DNA from: Malacoraja senta
Lineage: Eukaryota
Direction: 5' to 3'
Assembly (NCBI GenBank): GCA_038087875.1
Contig: JAXLNO010000355.1
Coordinates: 1-64,000 of the forward strand
DNA: 64,000 nucleotides
The notes beneath the pieces are model-generated. The model ran no database searches. It saw only the letters and a program-made list of their open reading frames with translations, and was not told the DNA's origin. The translations under genes and the position numbers were made by a program. Below, piece by piece: positions 50,451 to 64,000 of the stretch. Position 1 is the stretch's first letter, and every line of letters starts with the position of its first letter.

Positions 50451-53400
50451 CAAATCTGCTATCCTTACTCAATCTAGCCCAAAGATGACCCCAAAGATAC
50501 ACAATTAGGGAACGTGGTTATTTAACATTTAGGTGCATAGAGAGTTCTTCTTACACAGGATGGTGAACCTCTGGAATTATCTACCTGGAAGGTTGTGGTT
50601 AGATTATTGAGAGTGCTTATAGTTCCATTTTTGAAAGATCAGGAAGAGTGATGGAGAACTTTCACAAAAGAAGAGATGAGACTTGGACATCAGCTATAGT
50701 CATATATTGAAGGGTGGGGTAGGTTCAAGGGGCTCAGTGGCCTTCTCATGCTCCTATTTTCTCATTCTCCCAACTGCCTCAATTCAGAATAAGCAATGAA
50801 TAATGTGGGTGGGTTGACGGATAAATCTCCTCTCTTTTCTTCTTTCTTTCTTTTATCTCTCTCTTCTCCTTCTCCTCTTCTTAATTTAATGTTCTATTTG
50901 GAAAATGTTAAAATTGAAGCTGTTCACAAGGCTGTAAAATTGTCGTTTTTTGAACAATTGCTACCAATAAAATAAATATTAAATAAATAAATAAATAAAT
51001 AAGCGATGAATAATGTAATTACCAACAATGTATAAATTCTATAAATTAATACATAGATAATGAGATATGAACGTTTGGTGGATGTACTAAAACGACAGTG
51101 ACTAGAATTCTAACCCAACAAAATAAAGAACTCAGTGAGAAATAAAATGGAGGGCCTGTGGATGTTGAATAATATTTAAAAAAAATAAGAAAAGTACATC
51201 AGCTCAAAGAAGAAAGCTGATGGAACAGTGATTAATATGAAGTGTTAACACTATTTCTATCCATGAACACTATCCATGAATCTAGTATCTTTCTAATCGA
51301 TTATTTATCTATTAAGCCTATCCTTCGTCCTCTGTGAGCTGCTGAGTGTTTCAAGAAATCTCCAGGATTTTTAGATGGAACATTCTAGACTTGTCTGGAT
51401 GAGTGCGGCTTAAACTAAAAAAGACTCACCACCATCCAGCCCATTTGGTGGGAGTCCATTTGACATTGAAGATTCATTCCCAACACCACCTGTGCACACT
51501 GTGAGAAAGTGCTCTGTGGATACTCACCTGGACTATTCCAACTACATCTGCAAACCCTTAGCTTCTGGGACCAAGAAGGAGAGGGGTGCGGGCACATGGA
51601 ATCACCACCACTTGTTGGTTCACCTACAAGTCACACACGGTCCTGACTTGGAAGTATATTGTTGGCCGTTCTTTGTCACTGGGTCTGAATCCTGGAACCA
51701 CTTCCCCAACTGCACATGGAAACACCTTCACCAGAAGGAAGTCAGCTCACCATCACCTTCTCAAAAGCAATTAGGGACGGGCGATAAATGCCGGCCTTGG
51801 CAGCAACATCAACGTCTCAAAAATCATTAGAAATCAATAACGTTCGTTTACAACAAGATATGCAAGTCAACTTTTATTTTTCAGTTAAAACAGGAAACCT
51901 GAGGTGCCTTGCAGCTTTACAAAAGCGACGGTTGTACAAGACGTGTCTGGGCAGGTCTAGAGAGATTAGAGAAAGTGACCCAGAAACTTGCTTCATATTT
52001 AATGAACGAAAGACTTAAAGGAGGAATGAGAAGGGCAGAGGTCTGGAGAGCGAATTCCAGAGCTGGGGACCCGGGCAGTTGGCGGCGACGTCGCCTGTGA
52101 AATCAGTTTAGTACAAGAACTCAGAATTGGGAAGAGTCCATGGCAGGGTTTTCGACTGAAGCAAAGGCGAGGAAAGTGCCCGTGGGTTGTTGAAAAGTTA
52201 CAATAGCTCTGACGGGTTTTTTTAATCGGTTTTCTATGCCAACTGGGGGGGATTTATCCAGATAGCAGATCCAGTGCGTTATCCCTCTAGTAAAACTGAG
52301 AAGGAAAATTTGAAATTCGCTTTTAAATCGGAGCTAAAGAGATCAGTAATAGGTTGCAGACACGACAATTTAATCGGTGTAATATTTTACTCTTCGTTCA
52401 CGTTCCATGTGTCAGAAAGTGTCGGGTTGTGTTCTGGTTTGGGAAGAGTGGCGACAAACCCCTAAACACGCTGGTATTCCTCCAGAGAACTGTAACTTTG
52501 TCTAAACATTATCCTCACGCTCTTCGAAGAGGAAGTATTGAGTTCCACAGCAAAAGAAAAGTGTTTTAATTTATGTTTTCCCCCCCTTTCTTTCCCGCTT
52601 GTTAGAGGGCAATTAATGAAACAAAACGGATTATAGGATTAGCCGTGGGATTTTGTGCATATTAATGACGCTGAAATCCAAATAATGCATCGGTAATTGT
52701 AGATCTTGCCTGCCCCACTGGAGCAAGTTGCTTTGTGCGGGAGGGACCTCCTGTCGATATTTTACAGCGGAACTCGAGAGAAAAAAAAGTTGGTACAGCA
52801 GAGCGAATAGCAGTTCTGCCGATTTAAACCATTTTAAACCTCTGTCAATTGTTGTTTCGCTTGCCAAGGAATGAGGGGGAAATAAATAACAATTGTCTCT
52901 GGATTGAAACAAAGTTTCGCTTACACACTCACTCACTCACTCACACACATGCACAGATACCAACCTTAAATTATATTTTAAATAATTTGATCTCTCAGCG
53001 ACTTCTTAATTAAGATTATATGTAATTCTTAGAAGTCTAATTTCCAGATTTATATCAGTGCATGTATCAAAACGGAACGAATTTCAGGCATGTAAATTAT
53101 ATATTTTTTACAGGGGGTTGATTTTGTATATACTTTCTTTTGCCTTATTGTAAATATTCCACACCGCTAAAGTGATTTGGAAGTTTACTCAAAGGGGTTT
53201 ATATAATTGACACAGATTGGATTTTATATAATTGGCACAGATTGCAGATTGCATCCCGTGAACGAGAAGACATATATATGAAAAAATATTGCCCTCATTA
53301 TTGAAGTCTGAATACAGTCTGAATTCCAGCTAATGTTTTAATATTTCAGATTCTACTGCAGCGGGGCTGCATATAAAATTAGAACGGCTGCTACGGAATT

Positions 53401-56400
53401 CGGGGTCGAGGTGGAGATGGGTGTATAACATTTTCTGCAAAACTATTTGTTAGGATAAAATGTCCAGTCTCTATCATATTGATTTCTCGTAAAACAGCAG
53501 TACAATAGAATTCACGGCAAATGAATTTCACTACGAACAGGTTTTATTTGCCTGGTTTTATGAGTCATGGAGAGGACACTGCCTGTATCCGATCTGACAC
53601 ATTACACCATCTCAACGCATTGTAAATCATAGAAAGTAGTTTTATATTATTTGAAAATTCACTTGTTTGTTTTAATATAACAGGTTTCCCCTTACCCGCC
53701 TCTCCCCATTCCATCTCCCAAGTCAGGTGTGTAGCATTAAACTGGGATATTGTAAACTTTTTCAAACATTGTTTGAAATGAGTGTAGTATATGAAATGGG
53801 ATATGGTAATTCATTACAACTAAAAAAACAATGTTTTACAGATAATGTCGGAATGGAGATGATTTTCTGTCAAGTGCGATTTCACAATTAATTCCTGTTT
53901 TTTTCCGGGGGAGTTTACTTTTTTCTATTCAAATCAACGCCAATACAGTCTATTTTTTTATTCTGTTTGTTCTTTACATTAAAACCGGCTTTATGGATTC
54001 CCCATTTTCTACATTAGGCGTTCAATTAAATCGAATCGAATAAATATAATCAATGGACAATGGTTCAAAATATTTACCGTTTCACCGACATTGAAGAGTA
54101 GTTTCGATTCCTTCAAATCATTTGAAAGGAACTTTGAAAATATAACTGACTGTGGTCAAAATTCCGGGAGCTAAAAATCGGTACACAGTCGCTTTTTTAC
54201 GAGATTATAATGTCATTTATTGTTGTAATTGTATTAATATTGTCATCATCGAAAATTCCTCCTCCTCAAAATTATGTCACATAAAATGTTATTTTAATAT
54301 GCACTTTTTAAGATTACAATAAACCGCACTAAACAACAACAAAAAACTTCCGAGTTGAATAAACCTCGTATTTATTCCAATTGACCCTTTCATAGAGGCA
54401 CGATTCGTTTTTAACTAATTTTGTCTCCCTTGTTCACATCGAGTTATGGTGCCACTAATATGTGGCTGATTTCTGATACATAATTAAATGCAAAGACGTT
54501 GATGAAACTAAACAGTTTTATCAAATCGTTCGAATTCCTGAAATTGTGAGGAATTTTTCAACCGCAAGGTGATCAGGCGAATAAAACATGTGTCTGTTTC
54601 TTACATTTCAAAAGTCAAAACAGTTACATTATAAAACTTTCCAGTCCTAAAAATGAATATTTATTCAATATCTAATATCGGTTACCGAACTCATTACCAT
54701 TTTCATAGATCTGAATCGTGGCATCTTTATGCAAAAATGCAAGCTACCTTTGTAACTTCAATTCCACTAGACATTGAGTTATGTAGTTTTTGTCAGTGTT
54801 TCCAGCTGTTTAGGGTGAATCTGTGCGAATGTTTTGTTTTTGCAGAAGGGTGAGTTTGTGTTAATCCTTTCCCGTCGGTCGCCCGACTTTCGGTGCTCGG
54901 GTTTGGGGAGGGGTTGTAGTGGCTGGGGGTTCGATAAATTTGACTGGTGAAAAATGTGTTGAAAACCAGAACAGTTCAGGGTCTTTTTTTTTTAAACAGG
55001 AAGGATAAAGCTGATGTGGCAGAGGTATTTCAGACTCACGTTTTTTGTTCGGGTAGCCGTGTACTTTCCGCTGTAGCGAGCACAAATAACAGCCCAAACA
55101 TGGATGCATTGTGCTGCAGTCAAAATAAATGAAAGAGACAAGGCTTCAAAGACTCTGCCTAAAATCACCATAATCTACAGACTAGCAGCAGTCAAACGAA
55201 AGATTTCTATATAGTTAGTGACTTTTCCGCAAATCTAAGTAGTTAACAATTTATTTCTAGAAAATTAGAAGTTGATTATTGTGTTTATCGATTGGATTGA
55301 ATGCTCCATACCTGCAGTCCATTTAATATTATAAACCTTGCTCATGTTCAATAATTTTGACATTGGCTTATTTTACCCAGCGCAAATTTGAAACGATAAA
55401 CGTGAGCCAAAAAGCAACAACGGTGGCATCAAAACAGACAAAAGATTAAGAGCAATCCCTCCCAAATATATGTGACACAGCCTTTTAACTTTTAGGCTAG
55501 AAATTACAGCAAGTTTCGCAATTCAATGTCATTTCCAGTCTCGCTAAAGGAAGATGTCGTTGTCTATTTTAGTGAAAGGTAATCCGCTTGCATTGGAAAC
55601 AGGTTATTAAGTTTGAAGTGTGTGGTTAGGAGTACCGTGCCCCGCTCTGTTCTGGCCCGGGTTAATAGTTCTGACTCTTTTTTTCTCTTTCTGTGTTTAA
55701 TAGTGATAGATCAAAGGCATCAATATTTCCCAGTGGACCCGACTAAAGCCGCTTTCCCTTTGTCTGCTGTTGCTAGGAGTCGAATCTACAAGGAAAGAGA
55801 GTGCCGGGCATGTTAATCAGACGCGTTACAGTGTGACAATTGTCTCTCCAACTTTTTTTTTACTATATTTCCAAACCCCATTGCACCTGCGACTGCTGCG
55901 GCTTCGGCATCAGGGAACTTTTAAAGCGACATTGCCCGGATTTATCCCATTCCCAAACGATCGAATACTTCTAAAAACAAATTAAATCAATCTACACAAA
56001 AGCAGATTGAGGCAACCTGCCGCTCTTCAACGAGTTTCATGTGTTTCGTTTCATTTTAAATAATCAATATTATTGTTGTAAACCCAATGTGACTGGTGAA
56101 CGTAAAGTGATCGAACACTTCCCATGTAACCGTTATAAATCTACTTGGAAAAGCAGGTTATGAAGATGGAATTACTATTTATTGGAGGAGTATATTGTAT
56201 AATAAAAACTCATTACAAAAAACAAAACGGAAAGGGGAGCATTAAAACCAGATTGAAAATCTTTTCAAAACGAAATTATGAGGAATATTACTATACTCTT
56301 TTTTTTAATATATCGTATGTGCGTTGATTCAGTTTACAACTACACTGGGCAAATCGAATAATACCACGGTGTTTATCATAATCAAGTAGAAATGAACATC

Positions 56401-59359
56401 AGACCGAAAGCGGAGACCCGTGTCCTTCAATGCACAGTTTTGCATTGTACAAATAACGATAGGATGCGCTTTTGGGTAAACTCTACGATACACAAAACAT
56501 ATATATAGTACCATCTAACTTCTTAAGAATTCGACTCTCTCGTCAGTGTAGGACGGCATCGTCATGAGAGTATTTCTTTGATTTGACTTGAACGCCGCTT
56601 CCCGTTACACAGTAGATGTTTACTCTATTTGATGTAAGAATGAAATTAGAGTTCGGTATAATGGGAGAAACAAGATCTTGATATAACGCCGCATTTATCT
56701 GGATAATTTTCACTATAATGTGCTTCATGCATTGACCTTCACGGTGTTTTGCTGGGTGTGACTTTGTAAAATTGATTCAATTCAGTTTTAAATGAAATCT
56801 ATTTTAATAGATTAAAGCAAGTATCATCCTTGTTTATCTCGTGTATTTAAATTAGCTAAATAACCAGCGTCTTACATTCACTATTACAATCGCAATCTTC
56901 TACTTGTGTTTCAGAAAACTGCGCTAAATTGAATGAAGGTTGGGTGCAATGCTGTAAATTACCCCGATCGGCAGCTTTCTTTATTAGCATCATAAACTAT
57001 TAAATCCTTCAGTAGTGTCCAAATCGCATTGCCCCATCACTCCCACCGCCTTCTCCACCCCCACCCTCTTGTTTATATTCGGTTTCCCAGTCACACTGTA
57101 CGTTGTAAAAAATAAACTTTTATGGTCTCTGTAAATTCAGGGCTGATTGGACCAAATTTAACCTGTCGTTGTATTTATTATCTAATAGATTGCCATGTTT
57201 AAAGTAAGTAAGATGACGAATGACTGGAAAACACTGACTACTGAATTTGTTAAAATTGGCACCACTTCTTATACAACTTAAAAATATATATATAATAACA
57301 ACTCATTGATAAAGATTTTCGTTCAATCTAAGGAACTATCTCATGTCTGACGAGAAGATGGAGGGGCATTTGCAAATTCCGGGAATATAGTGTGTCAGGT
57401 TCAGTTTGAGTTATCCTGTTTATTATAGGTTCTCTTTGTAGGAAGTTTTTAAGATCTGGGGGACTTTGCCGCTAGATGTGCATCTGCATGCAGTTGTCTA
57501 AACTCATCGAAAGTACTCTGTTTATCATAAGTCTACATACATGAAACACCTGGAAAACGTAGAATAAATTAATAAATAATATGCAAAGCTGGCGATATAC
57601 ATACACGCGCTGTGGCCCAGAAGATTTGCCCCAAATGCATCAGATTCAATTAAAATATTTTCCGATTACTATTGTGTGGTATATTAATTCAAAGTCCAGT
57701 ATTATATTTAAAAGGGGACGAAATATCAAATTAACAGAAGCTTGAATTGAACTAGTTTCGAGTTCCGTGCGTTGGTGTGGAGGTGGTTACGTGTTTCGTT
57801 TGTTGCTGTGGGATATTCTGTGTTTAATATGTTCTTGTAGAAATGGTTCCATGTTTCATGTTGTCATGCTTGATGTTTCAGTGGAAATTATTGTTTGTTG
57901 AGTGTAATTAAAATCAGAAGATGCTGGAAAAATTGCTCAGCAGATTAGTCAACATCCGTGGAGAGAGAAACAGAGTTAGCATTTCCGAAAGACAACTCTT
58001 CATCAAACAATGAAAAGTCCTCTCTCGACAGATGTGACTTGACCTCATGAGTGCTTCCAGCGTTTTCTTTTTTAATTTCAGATTTCCAGCATCTGCGGTT
58101 ATTTTCTGCTTTTCGGTCTTTGTTGGCAGTGTTCTTGTGGAAAATGTATAATGTTTGGCGCGTTCCTGGGCAACTGGTTTTGTGTTTGGTATGTTCATGT
58201 ACAGAAGGTTCTCTGTTTGGAGATGGTTTCGTTGCATGATCATTCTTTTGTTTAGTTTGCTCCTGACGCGATCATCATGCTCTACTTTCGATTGTTTTAT
58301 ATATTTTCTCCGTGGCGTGTTTTTGGTTAGTAGAGCGACTCTGATTGTGTTTCTGCGGGGGTTCATTATCTTCAGGGTGGGATACCTCTGGACGTGCGTT
58401 GAACTCGCTATTAGCACTAATCTCTGGTTGGGGAGCCTCACGTATGAGTTGTGCAGGAAGGAACAGCATACGTTGGTTTACACCGAAGATAGACACGAAG
58501 TGCTGGAGGAACTCAGTGGGCCAGGCAGCATCTCTGGCGAAAAAGGATGGGTGATGTTTTGGGTTGGAACCCTTCTTCAGACTGAAAGTAGGGGAGGTGT
58601 GGTTGGTGGGGGGGGGGGGTTGAAATGGAGGTAGGAAGAGGCCAGAACAAAACAGGGCCGGCAACAGATGACCAAGGAAGGGTGGAGCTGTTGTCGGGTG
58701 CAGATCGATGCTGAGATTTGGATTCGGATAAGTTGATGTTTTACATTTTCGAAGACTTGACCATGTGTGGATTGGGAACGAAGAGATCTTGTTGAGTCAA
58801 CGCGTGAAGGCCTGTGACTGTGCAATGATTCAGTTGGAATTGTTGACTTTACATTCCCTATGGACAGAGTCCGTCCATTGTGGACTTTCTCAGAACCTGC
58901 CCGTTTTAAGTCTTCAACCTTTTTTCTCAACATCGAGGGATAACTCCACACCTTCTGCAAACAGTGCTCATCACCGGGAACGCGTAAGCGCGCACCCATC
59001 TGATGCTTTTGGGAAAGGGGAGACAAAACCTTCATAAAGTCAATTTTTTGCCATTTTTTTCCCCTTTAAATGAACTCAGTCTCGAGCCGTGAACGCAATG
59101 GAGTGTTGGCAGGCAGGCGATTAGGATTTACACAATCCAACCTGACACAAGCAGTAAATCTGGGCCACAAATCATTTCATTATGAAAAGGAGATAAACCA
59201 GTCAATTCTCAAACAGCTACCATGCAGGAATAGTGTTACAACCTTGTCACTCGCATTAACACAACATATTGTACTTCACATCTGAGAAATGTCAAACAGA
59301 AGTAACTCAATCAAAGCTTGATACATCATGGAAAGGCAACTGGCCACCATTTGTGTTGT

Positions 59360-59578
59360 TTAAGAAAGAACTGCAGATGCTGGAAAAATCGAAGGTAGAC
59401 AAAAATGCTGGAGAAACTCAGTGGGTGAGGCAGCATCTATGGAGCGAAGGAATAGGTGACATTTCGGGTCGAGAAGAAGGGCCTCAAGAAGAAGGGTCTC
59501 GACCCGAAATGTCACATATTCCTTCGCTCCATAGATGCTGCCTCACCCGCTGAGTTTCTCCAGCATTTTTGTCTATCT
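59360..59578. mobile_element. Penelope-derived foldback element with 14-bp TSD
   Basis: ACCATTTGTGTTGT at 59346-59359 and 59579-59592. Roughly 80-bp near-perfect inverted arms. Confidence 0.82.
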
Positions 59579-60854
59579 ACCATTTGTGTTGTGGTTAGTC
59601 TTTGTGAAATGTTGTCGAACTCATTGGAATGTCTCATTACGTTAATTCTAAATGCAACCTAGTATTTCTCATTGAGACGAGTGGCGTATATTATATTATT
59701 TTAGACAGAACTGTAGGGAGGGTAACTATTTCCTTTGATGAGAATGCACTATAACTGTTATTCTACGTATGTATATATGCCTTCAATATAAATGGATCAA
59801 AATTAGGATAACAATCACCCAATCTGACTTCCATGCAAACCAATTTGCAAGTAAATGCGTTTTGTGCCGACAGTAACAGAGGAAGAAGTTATTCAGTGTT
59901 TGAACATTGGTTAACTCGATTAAATAGACGGCAGTGTATTTAAATATTTACATCAAATAAGAAATTTTTTTCTTATCTGTTTCTCATATGATATAGTCGC
60001 CTGATGAACAAAGCGATTGACCGATATTTCGAGTAACCTATTTTATTAGTGCGTTTGTGAGTATGCTTAGTGCAAGTTTAATTTTGTACTGGTTGTTATC
60101 ACTCCGGCATTAATTAAACTTCTGCTCTAGTGTGCGGGGAAATCTACAGAGGATTTTTCATGGTTCTGAAAATCTAATTGAAAATGTGTAAAGTGATATT
60201 TTCATTAAGGAATAAATAGCGGTGTCAGTAAAGGTACTTTAAAGTCACTGCCAGTGGAATAAAATGCTAACAATTGTCTTTCCTTCTTTTGTTGTTTTTT
60301 TTGCTGTGGGGTTGTGTTTGTGTGTGGTGCTGTGAAATTGTGAGTGTATGATTGATAAGTCCCATTATTTTCGTTAAATCGCCGGGTTAAATGTCAGCGA
60401 TCTGTTTATGTACCAGTGAGGCTAACACTCCCCCGAGACATGTCACTCACATCTGAAGAGAAGGGGGGAGGGATGTTGGGCAAGGTAGACGTCAGAAGGC
60501 TCCATCATGGCGCCGGGCCATTGGGGAACAACCTCAGGAGGTTCCAGAGCAAACCATCCGTATTCCTACACTGTGGCTTTATAATGGAGATTCTGATTGG
60601 CCATCGCCAGAATGTATTGGCATTATTGGCCTCGGTTATTGCCAAACCTGCAAAACTCTACTATCAAAAGCAAGGGGAGGGTCCCCTTCAGGTCGCACAC
60701 CATTCTGGCTTGGAAATATACTGCTGTTCCTTCGTGGATGTTGGGTCTAATCCTGGAATTCCCTCTCCAACAGCACCGTGGGAGCGCCTTCACCAAGAGG
60801 ACCGCAGTGGTTCAATATGGCAACCCCTACCTTCTCAAGAGCAAGAAGGGCTCA

Positions 60855-61560
60855 TTAGGTCATGTCATAAGTGATAAGAGCAGAATTAGGTAATTCGACC
60901 CATCAATTATTCAACTATTCAACTCCTCCATTCCATCATGGCTGATCTCTCTCCCCTCCCAAGTGCATTCTCCTGCCTTCTCCCCATAACCACTGACACC
61001 CATACTAACCAATAATCTATCTATCTCTGCCTTAAAAATATCCATTGGCTTGGCCTCCACAGCCTTCTGTGGCAAATAATTCCACAGATTCACAACCCTC
61101 TGACTAAAGAAATTCCTCTTCATCTCTTTCCTAAAGGAACGTTCTTTAATTCTGAGGCTATGACCTCTGGTCCTAGACTCTCCCACTAGTGGAAACATCC
61201 TCTCCACATCCACTCTTTCAAAGCCTTTCACTATCCGGTACATTTCAATGAGGTCCCCCTCGTTCTTCTAAACTCCAGTGAGCACAAGCCCATCATATGT
61301 TAACCCACTCATTCCTGGGATCATTCTTGTAAGCCTCCTCTGGACCCTCGCCAGGGCCAGCACATCCTTCCTCAGATATGGTACCTAAAATTGCTCACAA
61401 TACTCCAAATGCAGCCTGACCAGCACCTCATAGAGCCTCAGCATTACATCCTGTTTTTGTATTCCAGCGCCATTGAAATAAATGCTAGTATTGCGTTTGC
61501 CTTCTTTACTACCAATTCAACTTGCAGATTAACTTTTTAGGAATCCTGCACCAGTCCCTT
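60855..61560 (-). mobile_element. CR1 LINE 3' fragment (different subfamily)
   Basis: ORF 60911-61243 (-): ESRTRGHSLRIK...QRVVNLWN. Confidence 0.85.
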
Positions 61561-62554
61561 TGAACCTCTGAGCTGGGCTATTGGCTTGTCAGTAACAACC
61601 ATAGCTACCAAAAATACAATTGGGGTTAACTGCTCAATAGTGATGGTTAATGAAGCTAGGCTTTTAATGAAGGTTCTTGTTGATACTAAAGGCGTTTCCC
61701 TACATCCATGAACAGAAATTCTATCAAACTCGGCTATAAAGCTAATTGCTTTAAAAGAGAAAAAATAATAATTAAAGAAAGAAAAAAGAGTGGCATTGAG
61801 TGAAACATATACCGATTCCCTTTGTTGCTGCCAAATTCAGATACGTTTGTCTCAAGTCAAATTGAGTTCATTGTCATATACACAAGAAGGGTGAGATACA
61901 GGTACAATGCAATCTTGCATGCAGCAGCATCACAGGCACATGATCCAGATAAACACACACATATTATACACTAAATGACATAGAAAATTCTGAAAGACAG
62001 TAAAGAGCATTTGCAAATAACACAATTAGAAAATAATAACAAATTAGTAGTAATGCAAGAGGTGGTCTGTACTGTTCTGGTGAATAAAATAATGCATTTT
62101 ACAATATTAACAATCATGTATTTGTTGCCTTTAATATAACAAGAACTTCAGAACATGTTTTGCAGGAGCACTATCAAGTAAAAAAAATAATGTGGCATCA
62201 GATACGGAGCAAAATGGACAGATCTAAGGTTTATTCAAAGTGGTCGGTTTTGAAGAGCACTGTGAAGAAAGTGAGAGGTTGTGAGTTTAGGGAAGGGAGT
62301 TTTAGACAGCTGTCAATACTGGAAATGTCAAGTTGCAAGAACTGAGGGAGCCAAGAAGTCACATATATTGTATTGGAGGAGATAAGGAGAAAGTGATTAT
62401 AGGAACATACATATTAGAAGCAGGGTTGCTACTTGGTCCTAGTACCTGCTCCAGGTAGAACAAGGAGATGGAGGGATATGTAAACCAGGACCAGGCTTTC
62501 AAAATAAAAGGTGTTTCTTTACAACGTCTGAGACTATTCAGACATTCAGGATTA

Positions 62555-63890
62555 GAAACATAGAAACATAGAAAATAGGTGCAGGAGGAGGCCATTCGGC
62601 CCTTCGAGCCAGCACCACCATTCATTGTGATCATAGCTGATCGTCCCCAATCAATAACCCGTGCCTGCCTTCTCCCCATATCCCTTGATTCCACTAGCCC
62701 CTAGAGCTCTATCTAACTATCTCTTAAATCCATCCAGTGATTTGGCCTCCACTGCCCTCTGTGGCAGGGAATTCCACAAATTCACAACTCTCTGGGTGAA
62801 AAAGTTTTTTCTCATCTCAGTCTTAAATGGCCTCCCCTTTATTCTAAGACTGTGCCCCCTGGTTCTGGACTTTCCCAACATTGGGAACATTTTTCCTGCA
62901 TCTAGCTTGTCCATTCCTTTTATAATTTTATATGTTTCTATAAGATACCCCCTCATCCTTCTAAACTCCAGTGAATACAAGCCCAGTCTTTTCAATCTTT
63001 CCTCATATGACAGTCCCGCCATCCCAGGGATCAATCTCGTGAACCTACGCTGCACTGTCTCAAACACAAGGATGTCCTTCCTCAAATTAGGAGACCAAAA
63101 CTGTACACAATACTCCAGATGTGGTCTTACCAGAGCCCTATACAACTGCAGAAGAACCTCTTTACTCCTATACTGAAATCCTCTTGTTATGAAGGCCAAC
63201 ATTCCATTAGCTTTCTTCACTGCCTGCTGTACCTGCACGCCAACTTTCAGTGACTGGTGTATAAGGACACCCAGGTCTCGCTGCACCTCTCCCTTACCTA
63301 ACCTAACCCCACTGAGATAATAATCTGCCCCCTTGCTTTTGCCGCCAAAGTGGATAACCTCACATTTATCTATATTATACTGCATCTGCCACGCATCTGC
63401 CCTCTCACTCAACCTGTCCAGGTCACCCTGCAACGTCCTAACATCCTCTTCACAGTTCACACTGCCACCCAGCTTTGTGTCATCCGCAAACTTGCTAGTG
63501 TTGCTCCTAATTCCCTGTTCCAAATCATTAATAAATATGGTAAACAGTTGCGGCCCCAACACCGAGCCTTGCGGCACTCCACTCGCCACTGCCTGCCATT
63601 CTGAAAAGGACCCGTTCACTCCGACTCTTTGCTTCCTGTCTGCCAACCAATTTTCTATCCATGTCAACACCCTACCCCCAATACCATGTGCTCTAATTTT
63701 AGTCACCAGTCTCCCGTGCGGAACCTTATCAAAGGCTTTCTGAAAGTCTAGATACACTACATCCACTGGCTCCCCTTCATCCATTTTACTTGTCACATCC
63801 TCAAAAAATTCCAGCAGATTAGTCAAGCATGATTTCCTGTTCATAAATCCATGTTGACTTGGACTCATCCTTTTACTGCTATCCAAATGC
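62555..63890 (-). mobile_element. Young CR1 LINE, 5'-truncated, RT region open
   Basis: ORF 62717-63952 (-) with uninterrupted RT motifs; (TTCTATGT)n tail at 62555-62575. Confidence 0.94.
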
Positions 63891-64000
63891 TTCATTATTG
63901 TGTCACCTCTCAGAATAATCCCATCAATCCCAGTCCTGTATTTATTTTCCATGTAACCTATTCATTCACACATTCCAATGAACTTCACCCCCTCCCCCCC

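Noticed and set aside
57914..59037. Overlapping 129-175 aa ORFs on both strands
   Set aside because: They run through Penelope-derived repeats, lack recognisable domains and show no exon structure.
52000..64000. ZIC5 coding exons
   Set aside because: No C2H2 zinc-finger ORF is visible; the gene is presumably beyond the window.

Overview
Vertebrate genomic DNA, inferred from its repeat content (V-SINE/HE1-like and Deu/SacSINE-like SINEs, CR1, Penelope derivatives) to be a cartilaginous fish, probably a skate or ray. It contains seven consecutive coding exons (equivalent to human exons 2-8) of CLYBL on the + strand (4375-37573); exon 1 lies upstream of the window. Downstream is a TE-poor, CpG-rich non-coding stretch towards where ZIC5/ZIC2 are expected by synteny; no ZIC exons are visible. 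The outstanding object is a young, near-intact HERO-like (R2-superfamily, RT + restriction-like endonuclease) non-LTR retrotransposon in intron 2 with an A-B-core-B-A layout: a 432-bp flanking duplication (A) and a 168/169-bp terminal direct repeat (B). Its 3' UTR contains the full hammerhead ribozyme core (CUGAUGA, GAAA, GUA) and potential stems I, II and III, but the strands are connected in an order that is not a circular permutation of the known types I/II/III. This suggests a rewired, multiply pseudoknotted hammerhead that may process the element's RNA. All RNA structures were paired by eye and are untested. The rest is CR1, Rex/Babar and Penelope fragments, SINEs, a hAT element, a Harbinger MITE and foldback elements carrying minimal hammerhead motifs.
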